From: the human T2T-CHM13v2.0 reference genome, Homo sapiens
Strand: one strand, 5' to 3'
NCBI RefSeq assembly: GCF_009914755.1
Contig: NC_060929.1
Length of the DNA: 64,000 nucleotides
In this document: positions 14,612 to 36,475 of the stretch, one piece after another
Layout: each line of letters starts with the position of its first letter
How positions within the stretch are numbered: the stretch's first letter is position 1
The notes under the pieces: generated by a model
Seen by the model: the letters and a program-made list of their open reading frames with translations, nothing else
What the model was told of the DNA's origin: nothing
Databases searched by the model: none
Made by a program: the position numbers and the translations under genes

Positions 14612-15517
14612 GACTCTGGGTATTTTAATAGGAATGTAACATCAAGAGCTTTACAATACTCCTTCCAGAAATCCTATAATTTTTTGAAATTCTTTTGAAT
14701 TTCAATTTTCCTTTTGCAGATTAATACTTTCAGAATGGACATTGGCTTGAGAATAATCAGAATAACTAAAATATGGAGGAAAATATTAGTGAAGAATGAA
14801 AATAATATATTTCTTTTGTCTAGAGAAACATGAAGAGTGACATTAAATATATATTTTTAAAATATGAAAGTATGTATATGGCAATAGCAAGTATTTGCAT
14901 TTATGAATTTTTTTTAAGTTGGAGAATGACTATGAGAATTCTTCCATCTTCATGAACTCTCCCAACCTCCTCCACAGTCTGAAATCCTTTCTTGGTCTTC
15001 TGTACTTTAATCCACACATCAGAAACATAAGCAATATTTTTAATCACTGTGGTTTCAGAAACAAAGTCGATTGGAGAGAACCCAAGGTATTATTGCTGTC
15101 TGCAGGTTGTAGGATTATTTTAGGGTTGGCAAGGAATCCCTTGGGTGGGCCAGTGATGATAAGGAGATGAAGCTGAGGCCAGTGGCATGGTGAGCTTATC
15201 AAGCTGGCTCATGGGGTGGGTGTTCATAGCACAGGGAGGAGACACAGACAGTGGGTCATCATGTCTCCTGTTGAGGTGTCTAGAGAATTTGTGAGCCAAG
15301 CCTGAGTGGCTCCACAGGTGACTCTGGATGAATCATAGTCCTGCTTTTAAATTGAGATATGGCAATTCTGTATGAATTAAATGGCACACAGTTATTAATT
15401 TGATATTATATGTAAGTCAATGTTACCATGCTATGAAGAATTCCTCTACTTAAAAGCCTTAATGTATGGTTGGAGAAGCAAGAAAAAATATTAAGATACT
15501 AATTCAAGGTACAGGAC

Positions 15518-15903
15518 TATATTAGTCCATTCTCACACTGCTTTAGAAAACTATCTGAAACTGGGTATTTTATGAAGAAAAAAGGTTTAATTGACTCACA
15601 GTTCCACAGACTGTATAGAAAGCATGCTTTGGGAGGCCTCAGGAAGCTTACAGTCATGGCAGAAGGGTGAAGGGGAAGCAAGCACCTTCTTTACATGGTG
15701 GAGGGAAAAAGAGAGCGCGAAGGGGGAAGTGCTGCACACTTTTAAACAACTGGATCTTGGGAGAACTCCTCTACTATCACAAGAGCAGCAAGCGGGAAAT
15801 CCGCCTCTATGATCCAATCACCTCCCACCAGGTCCCTCCCCCAACACTGAAAATTATAATTTGACATGAGATTTGGGTTGGGACACAGAGCCAAACCATT
15901 TCA
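15518..15903 (-). mobile_element. MSTA-like MaLR solo LTR
   Basis: tattagtccattctcacactgct...gggaggcctcaggaagcttacagtcatggcagaagg...gggacacagagccaaaccatttca. Confidence 0.9.
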
Positions 15904-16201
15904 ATGACCAATACCATTTGCTCTGTGAGGGGTAGAATTGGAGTGATTAAGAGAGACAAGAGAAAGCTTGAGCTATGTCTGCGTGGATTGGCAGGACACA
16001 CTTTGGGCAGAGGGAAAGGTATGAGCAAAGGAGAAAGGCAGAAGTGTTTATAGCATTGAGGCCACCATTGGTAGATGAAAGTGCCAGCGACAGAGGATTT
16101 GACCAGAATGTTGTGGTGCTGAGATTGGAGATACAACACTGGAATCTAGAGAAGATGGCCTGGAATGGCAGGCACATGGTGCGCCTGTGCCTCAAATCAT
16201 C

Positions 16202-17400
16202 CAGCAGTTTTCACACATTTTGCTCTTAGAATCTATTCATATTTATTGTGTAAGAGATTAAAACTGAGAAATGTTAAAGTCATCTATTTTAAAATGACAG
16301 CAATATACTCATTATGTGTAAATACAACGTTATTTTTAAAAAACACTTTCTAAAACGAACACTTTTATGAGAAGAGTGGCATTGGTTTTATTTTAATTTT
16401 TGAAAATCTCTTTAATGTCTGGTTTAATACATGGTATATAGATTCTACTTTATGTATTTAATTAATTTTTTTAAGGGACAGCATTTTGCTCATTTGTCAG
16501 GCTATAATGTAGTGATGCAATCATAGCTTACTGCAGCCTTGAACACATGAGTTCAAGCCGTACTCCCACCTCAGCCTCCTGAATAGCTAGGACTACAGGC
16601 ATGCTCCATCATGCCCACATAATTAAAAAAAAGTTTTTTTTAAAAGTGGAGTTTCTTTGTGTTGCCCAGCCTGGTCTTGAGCTCCAGGCTTCAGGAGATC
16701 CTCCTGCCTCAAAGTGCTGGGATTACAGTCATGAGACACTGTGCCCAACTGATTCTCCTAATTAATTAACTTTTTTCCATCTTTATTAAGGCTTGATTGA
16801 CAAACATTGTTTATATTTAAGATATACAATGTGATATTTTGATATACATATAATGATATGTATTTCCTCAATTGAGCTAATTAACCCATCCATTACCTCA
16901 CATATTTACCTTTTTTTGATGAAAACACTTAAAATCTAGTCTCTTAGCAATTTCAAGTATACAGTACATTATTGTTAACTATAGTTATTATGCTGTAGAT
17001 TAGGTCCACAGAAATTACCCATCTTATAACTGAAAGTTGGTAGTCTTTAATCAAAATCCCCCATTTCTCTCACGCCCTGGCCCCTGGCAAGCACAGTTCT
17101 ACAATTTGCTTTTTTGAGTTTGACTTTTTCAGATTCCACATATAAGTGAGATCAGGCAGTACTTGTCTGAGTCTGGGTTCTCATGTCTGCATCTGAATTC
17201 AGTCTACTCCAGTATTATCAGTCATTTAGCCTCTGCTAAGTTCTGTACACTCATGAAAGAATGAGAATGAAGTAGAAAAACAGCATTATTATGAAAACAG
17301 CATTATTTTCATTTTATTATGCAAACAGTTTTGACCTCTGAAATCCTCTAAAAGGGTTTCAGTGTCTCTTAGATCCCTGGATCACACTCAGCAGTAGTGA
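16202..17400. mobile_element. Charlie1-like hAT relic split by AluJ (~16470-16748, minus) and an L1MA 3' end (~16770-17175, minus)
   Basis: gagaagagtggcattg...aatctctttaatgtctgg resumes as ttctcatgtctgcatctgaattcagtct after the inserts. Confidence 0.7.
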
Positions 17401-18101
17401 GATAGAGAAATCCTTGAAGGCTTTTCAATGGCAAATGATGATCAAAGGCATGTTTTACAACTCCTCATAGCTTTGGTGTATAGAATATGCTGGATGAAGT
17501 AACTTGCAACTGCCTGGGCAAGAGTTGAAGAGGGCCTTTAGCTGGGGTGAGAAATTAGGAATGAAGATTCTTGTGAGAAAGAGAAATTAGAAATGAAAAT
17601 CCTTGTGGGAAAGAGAAGTTAGAAATGAAGATTCAACAGCACTTGATGTCTGTTCAAATGTGGGGAGCAAAAGTTATTATACCTTGGCAACTGGGAGGAG
17701 AATGGTTTTAAATTAGGAAAAGACACAGAAAATGTCTGTAGTGGGAAATGTGATGAACTTGTTTATAGGTGTCTTTAGTTTGAGATAATATAGAAGCATG
17801 TGTAGGTGGTTAGTAGAGATGTGGAACTAGAATCAGAAAGAAATTGGAGTTAAAGGTTTGGATTTTGGAGACATCCATGCGTGGGGATAGTCGAACTCAT
17901 AAATGTTAAAGTGTACAAAGTAAATGATATTGATTGCGAAGACTAGAAGATTTAGCACAAATACAGGAGTCAGTATTTGGAATTTTTCCCTTAGGTGCCC
18001 AACTACTGCTTTCTTTATCAAGCATTTAACATTTAGGCAGTGTTACCTTCAGTCACCTCAACTACTGACCAGGAATCACGGTTATTTATGTCTAACTTTT
18101 A

Positions 18102-25533
<7,432 letters not shown>

Positions 25534-26499
25534 TATTTACCTCTCACTTTTTATAGATTGTTTCTCACATTGTACTTTGTTTCCATGTTTTCTACTCCTT
25601 CCTCCTCATCCCTGTGGAATGCCCATACCACATTCTCCCAGTCCCCAGCCACCTTCTACCTGGACTATTACATCACTTCCTGGCCTCCACACTATCTTTA
25701 CTTTGCCATCAGAGTCCTCTGCCTGTCTCTGTTCTGCTCATTCTTTCCTTAAATAACTTCTCTTTACATTGTCAACACTTTGACTCGTCATAAATCTGTT
25801 ATTATCCTAAGATATACAACTTGAGTGACTTATCATTCAACAAGTGATTTGTTGAGTAAATTATGTATCTTTCATCATATATTTGTTTAGTTTTTGTCTA
25901 CCTGTCCTTTAATTTTTTGCCTTTATTATATTTGCTTTTCTTATTCCTCAAGTATTCAAGTGGACTAACTATGTCTCCTTGAGTCACTTATTATTATTCA
26001 AAATAGTTGCCTAATGAATGTTTTTAAAGATGATGAGTGCTGCCTGAAGGGCCATTAATTAAAGTTATAGAATTCTCTTTAAAGATTTAAAAAATATATA
26101 ATAGGCATACTTTCTAAAAGAATTTGCAAAAAATTCTGCCAGAGACTTATTAAAGGACCCATTGTGAGGTCTCTTTATTTCTTTTGTTTCTGTGACTTGA
26201 GGCTGTAGAAGTATGAAAAGATTGTAGGTAATTATTTAGAATGGCTTATTATAGATCTCCTGAAAGCTGAAATTATGCATTAAATAATGTTCAAGGGCTT
26301 TCTTATTTTGAATGTGTCAAATATTTTATTAAAAGTATTAGATTGGAGCTATAACCATGAGGATCACATATTTATTCTGGTTAATGACTTGACAGAGATT
26401 ATTGGGTGGTGACTGAATTCTTTAAATGGAAGAAGAAGAATGAATATGACAAAGACTACAAGGACATACAAACTTATCTTCGCTTTCACCCTTTTCTCC

Positions 26500-27560
26500 T
26501 TTAGTAGTTAATAGATATTTTTAAGTGCAATTATGTGCCAAGCACATTGATAGACCCTGGGGAAACAAGGGTAAGCAAAACTACATATAAACCCTGCGCT
26601 GAAGAAGTTTTACAAGTAGCAGGGAAGAGAGATATTATGTATAATCATACATATAAGTTTCTAGTTATAAATGGATAACTGCTATGAAAGGATAGAATAC
26701 TTTCATACTACAAAATGAGAGGACTTGCCCTGGTCTAAGAGATGCCCAGAAAACTTACTTAAGGAAGAATCATTTAATTGAGAATTATATGTTGAGTAGG
26801 AGTTGAAGAGGCAGAGTTGATGATGGATCAGCTCTAGGCAAAGAGAGGTCAGGTGGTGGTGGTGAGCATGTGCTTTTAGGGAACTAGAAAGGGACCAATG
26901 TGGCCCAAATACAGACAGTAAGGGAACAGTGATACTGGGTTTAACTGAAGATGTAATCAGATAGGGACTTAAAGGATTATGGTCTTTATCCTAAAAGTAT
27001 TGAGATGCCTTTCTTGAGGAGGTGATGGGGAGGTGGAGATAGAGAGATGGGCAGAGAGAAAGAGAGAGCATGTGTGTGTGTGCGCACGGGTGTGCATGCA
27101 TGTGTGGCTGCCATGGAGGAAAAACTTAAATGTTAGAAGAGAAGATGTCTGAGAAAGAGCTGGAGGCGCATTCTTTAGAGATGTTGAAAGATGAAGCTTG
27201 GAAAGTGGTAGGTGATGCTGGTTAGAGAAGTAGATTGATTCAGATGATGTCTCACAAGTAAAACCACGGGGGTTGGTGATAGATTAGATACGGAGGGAGA
27301 CAAGAAAGAGGATGTCAAAGATGAGCCCTAATTTCTGCAACTGGTGGGTGAATGGTAGTACTGTAACTTTTGTGGTGGTGATTGCTTGGGAGAGGACCAG
27401 GCTTTTAGGGGCAGAGAAAATGAGTTTGGTTGGAATATGTTAAGTTTGCCATTCACATGCAGAGTAAGCACTACTGATTATAGAGTTTAGAGGAGGGTCT
27501 TGGTTTGCTGATATACATTGGAAGTCCGTGAGTACAGAAGGTCATTTTACTACAGGCAGA
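26500..27560 (-). mobile_element. L2 relic
   Basis: atttttaagtgcaattatgtgccaagcacattg...gtcaaagatgagccctaatttctg. Confidence 0.65.
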
Positions 27561-27855
27561 GGTTATCTTGGTTGAGACTATTGAATCAGCTCATTTTAAA
27601 CTTCAGAGATGTTGAGATGCCCCTGAATTAATTTTTTTACTCAGTGTCTCCAGTTTTATAAAACTTGATGAAAAATATATGGCCATTTAAAATGCAAATT
27701 TATTGATAGCCTTTTTATTGACTGCCTTAACTTTTTATGCAACGTTTGCTGAAGTGTGATAGTATTTAAGTCCATTACTATAAATAAGCACGAACAGTGG
27801 TTCTTGATATGTAAGAGTAAGGATATGGGGCTTTCCGTTGTAACCTATGGGCTAA

Positions 27856-28225
<370 letters not shown>

Positions 28226-28462
28226 TCATTTGATATATTTATGTTCCAATGTGTTTATCTAGGTACTGGAATTTGTACATGTTTTTCTATGATTTCTCAT
28301 TTTTTCTCCCAGTTTTATTTAAGTCTGGAAATTATTTAGTATTGTATATAATATAGTAAGCCCCCTTCCTTCTTAACTTGTGTAGATATAAATATGTCCT
28401 TTGGCTATTTTTTACTTCTTTTTTAGAAGCAACCCTATTAACTGATATATATATATACATAT

Positions 28463-28735
28463 GGACAAGATCTAACTCTGTTGCCTAGGGTAGAGTGCAG
28501 TAGCATGATCATGGTTCATTGCAACCTTGACCTCCTGGGTTCAAACGATCCTGCCACCTCAGCTTCCCAGGCAGCTGGGACCGCAGGTGCTTGCCACCAT
28601 GCCTGGCTAATTTTTGTTTTTTGTAAAGACAGGCTCCCACTATGTTGCCGGGTCTCGAACCCCTGGGCTCAAGCAATCTTCCTGCTTTGGCCTCCCAAAG
28701 TGCTAGGATTACAGATGTGAGCCACTGCACCCAGC
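28463..28735 (-). mobile_element. AluJ-like with (TA)n tail
   Basis: Diverged Alu with cctgggctcaagcaatc. Confidence 0.88.
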
Positions 28736-29500
28736 CTTGCTTTGAACTATCAAAAGTATGGTTTCCTGATAACATTTCAAAAACATTGGAAGAATATACT
28801 TTAGGAGTCATAAATTTGTTCATATCCTTTGGCCTAATTAATTAACTTGAAGAATTTATCAAGTGAAGATAATTAACATGAATAATTCTGTCTCTACTTA
28901 ATATTTAATAATTAAATATACAATAACAAATATCAAATGTAGGGAAATTATTAAATATATTTTGATCAACCATATATATTATCTATGCACTGAAATCATA
29001 GACTTGAAAACTGTGTAGAAACAGAAAACTGTAATAGTATGGACATGGTGTAATATTGTTAATTAAGAGTTTTTTGTATTTATACTGTTTATAACTGTGT
29101 CAATTATGAATTCATATGAATGATAACTAGAAAGGAAAATGAAGCATTTCATGATGGGATTATGAGTATGTTTCACTTTTTAAAATATCCTAATATGCTA
29201 TCTAATAAATATTAAGATGAATATAAAAGAGTTTAAAATTAGTTTCGGTTTTAGCAGCCAGTAATTTCTTTTTTATTAAATGGGTATGGAAACCTCATCA
29301 AGCTGGCTTGATCATTCTAAAGCACTTAAAAAATTATTATTTACGTCCAGTTATTTCAGAAATTGAAGTATATTTAGTTACCTCAGAAATCACAATGGAA
29401 CTTTGAGATTTTGGAAGATTTTGCTTTGGAACCGATGCAGGGAGTGTGGGAGGTGACAGTTTATATCTCACTCAAGTTGTTTTTTCTTTCCTTCCTGCAG

Positions 29501-29720
29501 CCCACATACTTCTTATTGGCCAAGATATGTCTGCTCTTTACTGCTGGAATTCGGAGCGTAATCAATTCTCTTTTGTTCTGGAAGTACCTTCTGCTTATGA
29601 TGTGGCTTCTGTTACAGTAAAGTCCCTTAATTCAAGCAAGAATTTAATAGCTCTAGTGGGAGCTCATTCACATATATATGAGCTAGCCTACATTTCCAGC
29701 CATTCTGACTTTATTCCTAG
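29501..29720 (+). CDS. ADGRV1: ADGRV1 coding exon I (~51), last EAR repeat and return to Calx-beta
   Basis: ctgcag|CC, CTAG|gtaggt; 220 nt, phase 1 to 2; HILLIGQDMSALYCWNSERNQFSFVLEV...SHSDFIP. Confidence 0.96.
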
Positions 29721-30045
29721 GTAGGTTCAACATTTTTTGCTAAGTATCTTTATGTTCACTGTAATTTTGTATGACAGCTCATTTCCAAGTCATTATTTGG
29801 TGACTGAAAAATATACAAAATATAAGAGCTATTTATCAGCCTGAAATTTGGTTATTATCCATGTTTCTAATATCTATTCTATCAAGTTTATCAGTATTAC
29901 ATGAATATTTTGGATTAAAATTTTCGTTATGAAATGTTGTGATTCTTCCAAACCTTTAATATCAATTAATGTAATGAGTAGTCTACTATGTATATATCTT
30001 AAATTTGTTGTAGTTGACTTATTTTGTATATGCTTCTTATGGTAG

Positions 30046-30250
30046 TTCAGGTGAACTGATATTTGAACCTGGTGAGAGAGAAGCTACAATAGCAGTAAAT
30101 ATCCTTGATGATACAGTTCCAGAAAAAGAAGAATCCTTCAAAGTTCAACTTAAAAATCCCAAAGGAGGAGCAGAGATTGGCATTAATGATTCTGTAACAA
30201 TAACCATTCTGTCTAATGATGATGCCTATGGAATTGTTGCATTTGCTCAG
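30046..30250 (+). CDS. ADGRV1: ADGRV1 coding exon J (~52), C-terminal half of Calx-beta
   Basis: tggtag|T (only this AG keeps frame), CAG|gtaatg; 205 nt, phase 2 to 0; SGELIFEPGEREATIAVNILDDTVPEKEESFKVQLKNPKGGAEIG. Confidence 0.95.
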
Positions 30251-31261
30251 GTAATGATACTGAAGACCCCACACTTGCAATGCAAAATGTTTTATTTATT
30301 GTATTTGTGTATTAGCTATTATTAGCACTCAGCAAGTCATAGTTTGAGTGTCATCAGCCTCTCTCCCTTCCCTTTCCCCTGCCTCCCTTTTATGTGCATT
30401 CTAGGGTGAATTCTACTGACATTTTGCAATTTACAGTCTTACACACTGGACTCTGAGTCAACTTGTCCTAATCATTTTATTTTCAGATTCCTTTTATAGG
30501 ATTGACTTTGAAATGTTACAAGTTGATCTTGGTCTGAAAGTTTGGCTCTGCTGTTAGCTGTTACCAGAGAGAAAGGATGAAATAGATGCTAAATGCAATA
30601 TATACTGTGTGATATACACATCACATACAAATATATTACTATCCTATTATGCTTTGTTACTTCTGTGGAGAGGGGAAGAGAATGAGAGGTGGGGTGGGGG
30701 GAGGGTGGAGGAGAGAGAGAGGGTTGTAATTATATGTATGTTGGACATGTAGATGTCTTCCTGAGGAAAGAGAACCATGCAAATCCTAAGTTACTTCCGT
30801 GCCCAGATTTCATATTTCTTTATCAGCAAGCAAAAGGACATCTATTATTTGCATCATTTAGTCCTTTTGGTAAAGTGAATTCTTACTTCTTAATTTGAGT
30901 TATAGCTGCAGCTATCATGTATCTTTCTCTGAAATATTTTTCATATGAGGAAAACCTAACCCAAGTTTGCCTGCACACCAAGAGCATGTCCTCAGAGAAA
31001 GTGAGCTTCGGGGTTAGTTGGATACTCTACCATGTCATTTTGGCTTAGATTGTTTCCATCTCTCTACTTTGCCATCACAAAATTGACTTTCATTTGGTTG
31101 TTTGAAAGCTGATGTTATTGTTAAGGTTACTATGTTCTGCTCATGTTCATTTGGGGCAGAGAGAGATATTTTATGAGATTCTCAAAGTAAAGAAGACATT
31201 TCCCAAAAGACTCTAGAAAATGGCTTATGTCTCATTGTCCAGAACTGGGTAACAAGCCCAC

Positions 31262-32620
31262 TCACTCATTCATTCATTAATTCATGCAGCAGTTATTTAA
31301 CAAATGCCTGTTAGGTACCAGATACTGTTTCAGATGCTACAGTCATGTTAGAAAATAAGACGGTAAAATTCTTTATTTTCATGGTCCTTAAATTCTAGAG
31401 AGGGCAAGGGGAGAAAGGCAGTAAACACAGACATAAGAAAATATGTACTATATCTGATGGTGATGAGTGTACTATGAAGAAATGTTAGGCAAGGAAGGCA
31501 GATGGAGAATGCAAGGGAGGGAGTGGAGGTTGTATGTGGGGAAATCTAAAATAGGATGATCAGTAAGGGCTGTTTGGAGGAAATGACAGAATGACAAAGA
31601 CTGGTGGGGGATGAGGGTGTGAGCTATGTAATATCTGGGGTAGGAACATTTAAAGCAGAAGGACCCATCAGCAAGAGCAAAGGCCCTGCAGTGTAGCCCT
31701 GCCCATCTGGAGCAACAAGGAGGCCACTGTGGCTGATGTCTGCATGTGATAGGGGATGAGGTTCAACAGGTGCAGGGCCAGGGCTCTGTGTCAGGGATCC
31801 CCATGACCACCCACAGTTTCGATGAGTCACTAAGAAGACTCGCAGGACCTAGCATTTAGTCATATCCATGGCTATGATTTATTACGGCAAAGAATACAAA
31901 ATAAAATCATTGAAGGGAAAAAGCTCATGGGGTGTAAAGTCCAGAGGAAGCCAGGGCAAGCTTCTAAGATTCCCCCTCCCACCCCCATCCATTGACACAG
32001 GACACACTTAATTCCCCAGCATTGAGTTGTCACAAGATGTATAAAATGTTGCCAACCAGGGAAGCATACTAGGGACTCAGTGCCCAGGATTTTAACTGGG
32101 GTCTGATCATGCAGGCACCCTCTGCCTGGCACATACCAAAATTCTAGACTCTCAGAAAGAAATGAATGTTCAGCATAAACCACAATTATTACACAGTTTA
32201 GGCACTGGGAGCCACTTAATAGTTCCAGAATGGTGGGAACTCTCCTGAAATTCCAGTTCCCAGACACCAGCGGATAGCCGACCTGTGAACAAGCCTTTAA
32301 GGATAGCAGTCAGGTCTGCTGTGTGAACACTTTCCTGCATAAGCCCATTAGCATTGTAATGAGTTTGGGCCCTGAGGGAATTAGAGAGCCTTTGAAGGGG
32401 AGGAGTAGAAAAGTGAATGATCTGACTCACATTTTAGAAGGAACAACTCTGACCATAGTATAGAGAATAGATTGTAAATGGGCAAGGACAGAAATAGACC
32501 AGTTAGGAATTATTACAGTAATAAATGATGGAGCTATGGGAAGCATGAATTTGCTGCTCATTGAGATATGGATGACTATAGGAAGAGCAGGTTTAGGGGA
32601 TAAGATGAGGAGTTTTGGAT
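31262..32620 (-). mobile_element. L2 relic interrupted by an LTR
   Basis: (tcat)n L2 3' tail cattcattcatt...tatttaacaaatgcctgttaggtaccag. Confidence 0.75.
31786..32339 (-). mobile_element. MER21-like solo LTR
   Basis: tgtcagggatccccatgaccaccc...atggctatgatttattac...aaggatagcagtcaggtctgctgtg. Confidence 0.75.
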
Positions 32621-32723
32621 GTGCTTAAAGTCTTGTGTCTGTTGCATGCAAGGGTCAGAAGTTTACACTACTACTCAATCTGGTCCATTCCTGGAGCTAA
32701 GCGTAGTAGATCAGCTTCCTCTG

Positions 32724-33038
32724 AGGCATCTCTGCCCAATAGGGATATAATGTGTGCCTCATATGTAAATTTAAGTTTCCTAGCAGCCTACATTTTTTAA
32801 AAAGTAGAAAGAAGCAGGTCACTTGATTTTAATATATTTTATTTAACCCAATGTATCTGAAATATTTTTTCAACATACAATCAACATAAAATTATTGAGG
32901 AAATAGTTTACATTTTTCATATCTTGTCTTCAAATTTTAGTGCGCATTTTACACTTATAGACTAGCTACACTAACTACATTTCAACTGGTCAATAGCCAC
33001 ATGTGGCCAGTGGCTACTGTGAAGGAGAAGGCAACCCT
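32724..33038. mobile_element. MER33-like hAT-Charlie MITE
   Basis: ccaatagggatataatg...acatttcaactggtcaatagccacatgtggccagtggctactg. Confidence 0.8.
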
Positions 33039-35005
33039 AAGACATGAACTGGGTCTTGAGTAGGGAGAGTTAGAAAGAAACAAGAGGACCCTATTCTTAT
33101 TAGGTACTCACTTGTTTCTTCACTTTCTTCAGATCTCTGCAAAATGATACCTTACCAGAAAGATCACTGATGGAAAATTGCAGCTCCCCACCATCATTCT
33201 GTATCTTTTTATCCTTATAAAAAGTTTCTTCATGACACTTATAATTGCCTAGTTTGTCTATCATCAAGTTTTTTTTTGTTTTTTTTTTAACTAGAATTGA
33301 AGAGTATGAGAGCTGGTATACTGCTGTGCTCACAGCTTTATCCCTGCACCCAGAAAAGTGCCTGGCACACATTAGGGGCTTAGGATGAACCTGTCATTCT
33401 GTGGGAGAGGCAGAACACTTACAAGGCCTTCTCAAGGCCTTATACAACTCTATAGGGCAGAGCTGGGCTTCCTGGGGTGAGAACCGACATGCTCTGCTGT
33501 GTGGTTCCATCTTCTCACCCTGCAGCCTTGCAGCAGATGGAGAGCACATGCTATTCCTCAACTGTTTGAGAATGGTAGATTTCCCTTTATGAAGCTTGTT
33601 CCAAAATTGTTCTGGAGACATACAATTACTGTTATTCAATACTTGCCAATAGATACTGAATTCTTTCAATCTGTTCAGTAGAATTCTTCATTACAGGTCT
33701 TTGATGTCTGGACAATCTCATTTCAAAATGAGATATAGCAGATAATGAGAATTTCTTGAATATTTTCTGGCTGCATGAAGTGCTCATTTTATTAACCCTC
33801 ATTGATGGAGGGCATGGAGCCAGAGAGAGCTGGCTTTTTAAAAAGGCATTGTCTTTTGTGAATAAATTATGTGCATATTTTAAAATCAAGGCATTTTATT
33901 TAGGAATGTTTGATTGCCTGGAGCAAGATTTTATTACTATGTAACATCTGTAACAATGTGTTAAAATGCTGTGTAAAATATTGCTAAAGGATAGGATCGC
34001 TACTCAAATTAGCATTCTAAGTAAAAGCTCTCATAAGTTTTAAGAAATTAATGGGGGAATCTCTTTTCAGGTTATCATAGTGACCTGAATGGGAAGATTT
34101 TCAAAAATCTTTACACTCCATATTCTTGCTTTACTGCATATGGAAAATCCAGGGGTATTGTAAGAAGAGATTCTTTGAAGCATTCATTTTGAGGAACAGT
34201 TCATGAAATGGCTGACAAGAGACGTTGTGTATGTTTGGTGAAGAATGGTGTAGTCACACAGAAACAGATAATTAGTTTGGGACAAAAGAAAGAGGCTAGG
34301 AAGCATAGATAAGAAGAAAGAAAGTAAGTAATTCTATCATAAGGGAAAGGGATATTTCAGGCAGGAAAAAACAGTTGTAAAGGCCATGAGCTAAGGATGA
34401 AACACCATCAAAGGAGGCAGAAGAGCCCACAGAAACATTTCCGAGGATATGAATTTAAGAATAAGAGACATTTGCCAGTGATCAAGGAGAAAGCTCTAAT
34501 TCTCATGACATCGTTGTGCATGGATGGGATGTTGGAAACCATATAGGTCAAGCTCTTCTTTTACAAATAGGAAACAAAGACCTAGTGGGATTGCCAGAAG
34601 TTACACAGAGGAAAAAGGCTTCCCTACTCTCCTGACTCTATATCCGTTCTCTTCTACAAACTTTTTACATGCTATGAATACTTTTACAAAAGTACACGCT
34701 TTCTGAGTATGAATGTAATATATGTTCACTGAACAAAATTTGAAAAATATAGAAACAGAAACATAAAATAATCCTAAAATAATTAACATTTTTGCTTACT
34801 TTCACTTAGTCTGTTACTTATTCAAACATGTGTGTTTTAAATCATGGTCATTCTATATGACTGTTTTTTAATTGTCGTTTTCACTTACTATGTCATGTTG
34901 CTTAGGACCACAAAGTTTGCAAATCCATAATAACATGAGACAAAAAAAGAAGTCTGATTAGGTAATTTCAGGGAACCCCTTGTGACTTTCTGTGTATTTT
35001 TTCAG

Positions 35006-35152
35006 AATTCATTATATAAGCAAGTGGAAGAAATGGAGCAAGATAGCCTAGTAACCTTGAACGTTGAACGCTTAAAAGGAACATATGGCCGTATAACCAT
35101 AGCATGGGAAGCTGATGGAAGTATTAGTGATATATTTCCTACCTCAGGAGTG
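35006..35152 (+). CDS. ADGRV1: ADGRV1 coding exon K (~53), Calx-beta
   Basis: tttcag|AAT, GTG|gtatgt; 147 nt, phase 0-0; NSLYKQVEEMEQDSLVTLNVERLKGTYGRITIAWE. Confidence 0.96.
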
Positions 35153-35559
35153 GTATGTAATTTACAAAGTTATAGGAAACACTTTTAAATTATGGTTACT
35201 AGTGATGTATGGGACCAAATCCTGCCTTATGGATGAAGTGTTTGAGTTTGACCATATCAACACTGAATTCCTACTAATCATTGTAGAGAGGGATACAATT
35301 TAAGGTTAGTTTTCTGGTTGTGGGTATTGTTCTTTTTTAAAAAAATATAAAACCAAAATTGTCCTTTAAAAAGTCATTCTTTCTGAGTTTCAGTACATTC
35401 GTTGGCCACATTGTGGGTGCATTACATTGTTAGAAAGATAAAATTAACCAAATAGGATCAAAATGTGGTTTCCAGGTTTAGGCACAATGGAAGTAGTAAG
35501 TAGGGAACAAGTCTGTGTAAAACAGTCGGACTTATGAAAAAGTAGATCTGAGTTGTGGA

Positions 35560-35955
35560 GTGATATAGGTTGGGCTTCCTGTAAATAGACTCTGAGATTG
35601 AGAGTTGTGGACAGAAGGATTTTGGGGAGATACATCTATGAGGATGTGAGGAAGGTGAGGATGTGCAGAGGGAGAAGTTGATCCACAGGCAATTGCAACT
35701 GAGGTTGATTGCAACTGAGTTCAGGAGATGAGCTGGTCCTTAGGAGTTGTTCCCAGTTTAGAGCTAAGCTATTGATATCCCCATTTTAGCAGTCCTTGGC
35801 TTTAGGCCACCCTCAGGGTTGGGTATAACCTTGAGTGAGACAGTTTGCTGTAGGAAAGGGTGATTCCCAATGAGGAGCACAGAACCTGTTGTTCCTAGCA
35901 GCCGAGGGATGGGTACATCAGCCCCAAGAAGGGATCTGGGCAGACGACGAGATTA
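35560..35955. mobile_element. LTR16-like (ERVL) solo LTR
   Basis: agactctgagattgagag...ggatgtgcagagggagaagttga; related to 53250-53640. Confidence 0.6.
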
Positions 35956-36475
35956 TCTATTACTGGAGAATAGTATAAAGTTGGAGCTGAGGTTCAAGAA
36001 TGGAATAAGAATGAGCCAAATAAGTACATGATTAACAACAAGAGGGATCAGAGAGCCTTTTGTTCCTAGCTGGAAGATGGGTTGTCTTCTTGGCTTGCCT
36101 TTGGTTTCATAGATTAGTCTGTGTATATGGCCCAAATGCTTCTCTGAAGAGTTCTTTTAAAGGAACTCTCATGGAACTGTCTCAAAAAAAGGACAGGTAT
36201 ATATCATGGTTCATCATTTCTAGGTTTCTGTATTATTTCAAACGTGATTGGAGCTTCTGTATATTAAGAATGTTATAGCAAATTCTATTGCATTTAATAT
36301 TTACTTTAGGTAAGCTACCAGAACTGTAAGTTGTGTCTGTCAGGTTCTATATGTTCTGATTTGTGTTTCTCCAGTTATCATTTCTTATATAAACATGATT
36401 ACAATTATTTCTAATTTAAATATATAATGGTACCTTAAACATAGACTATAGTTTGGAAGAATTAATTATTTCATT

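Noticed and set aside
15591-16229. Overlapping ORFs here and at 31872 and 61512
   Set aside because: Derived from MST and MER21-type LTRs
30686-30715. G-quadruplex candidate
   Set aside because: Only three runs of three or more G; marginal and common in introns
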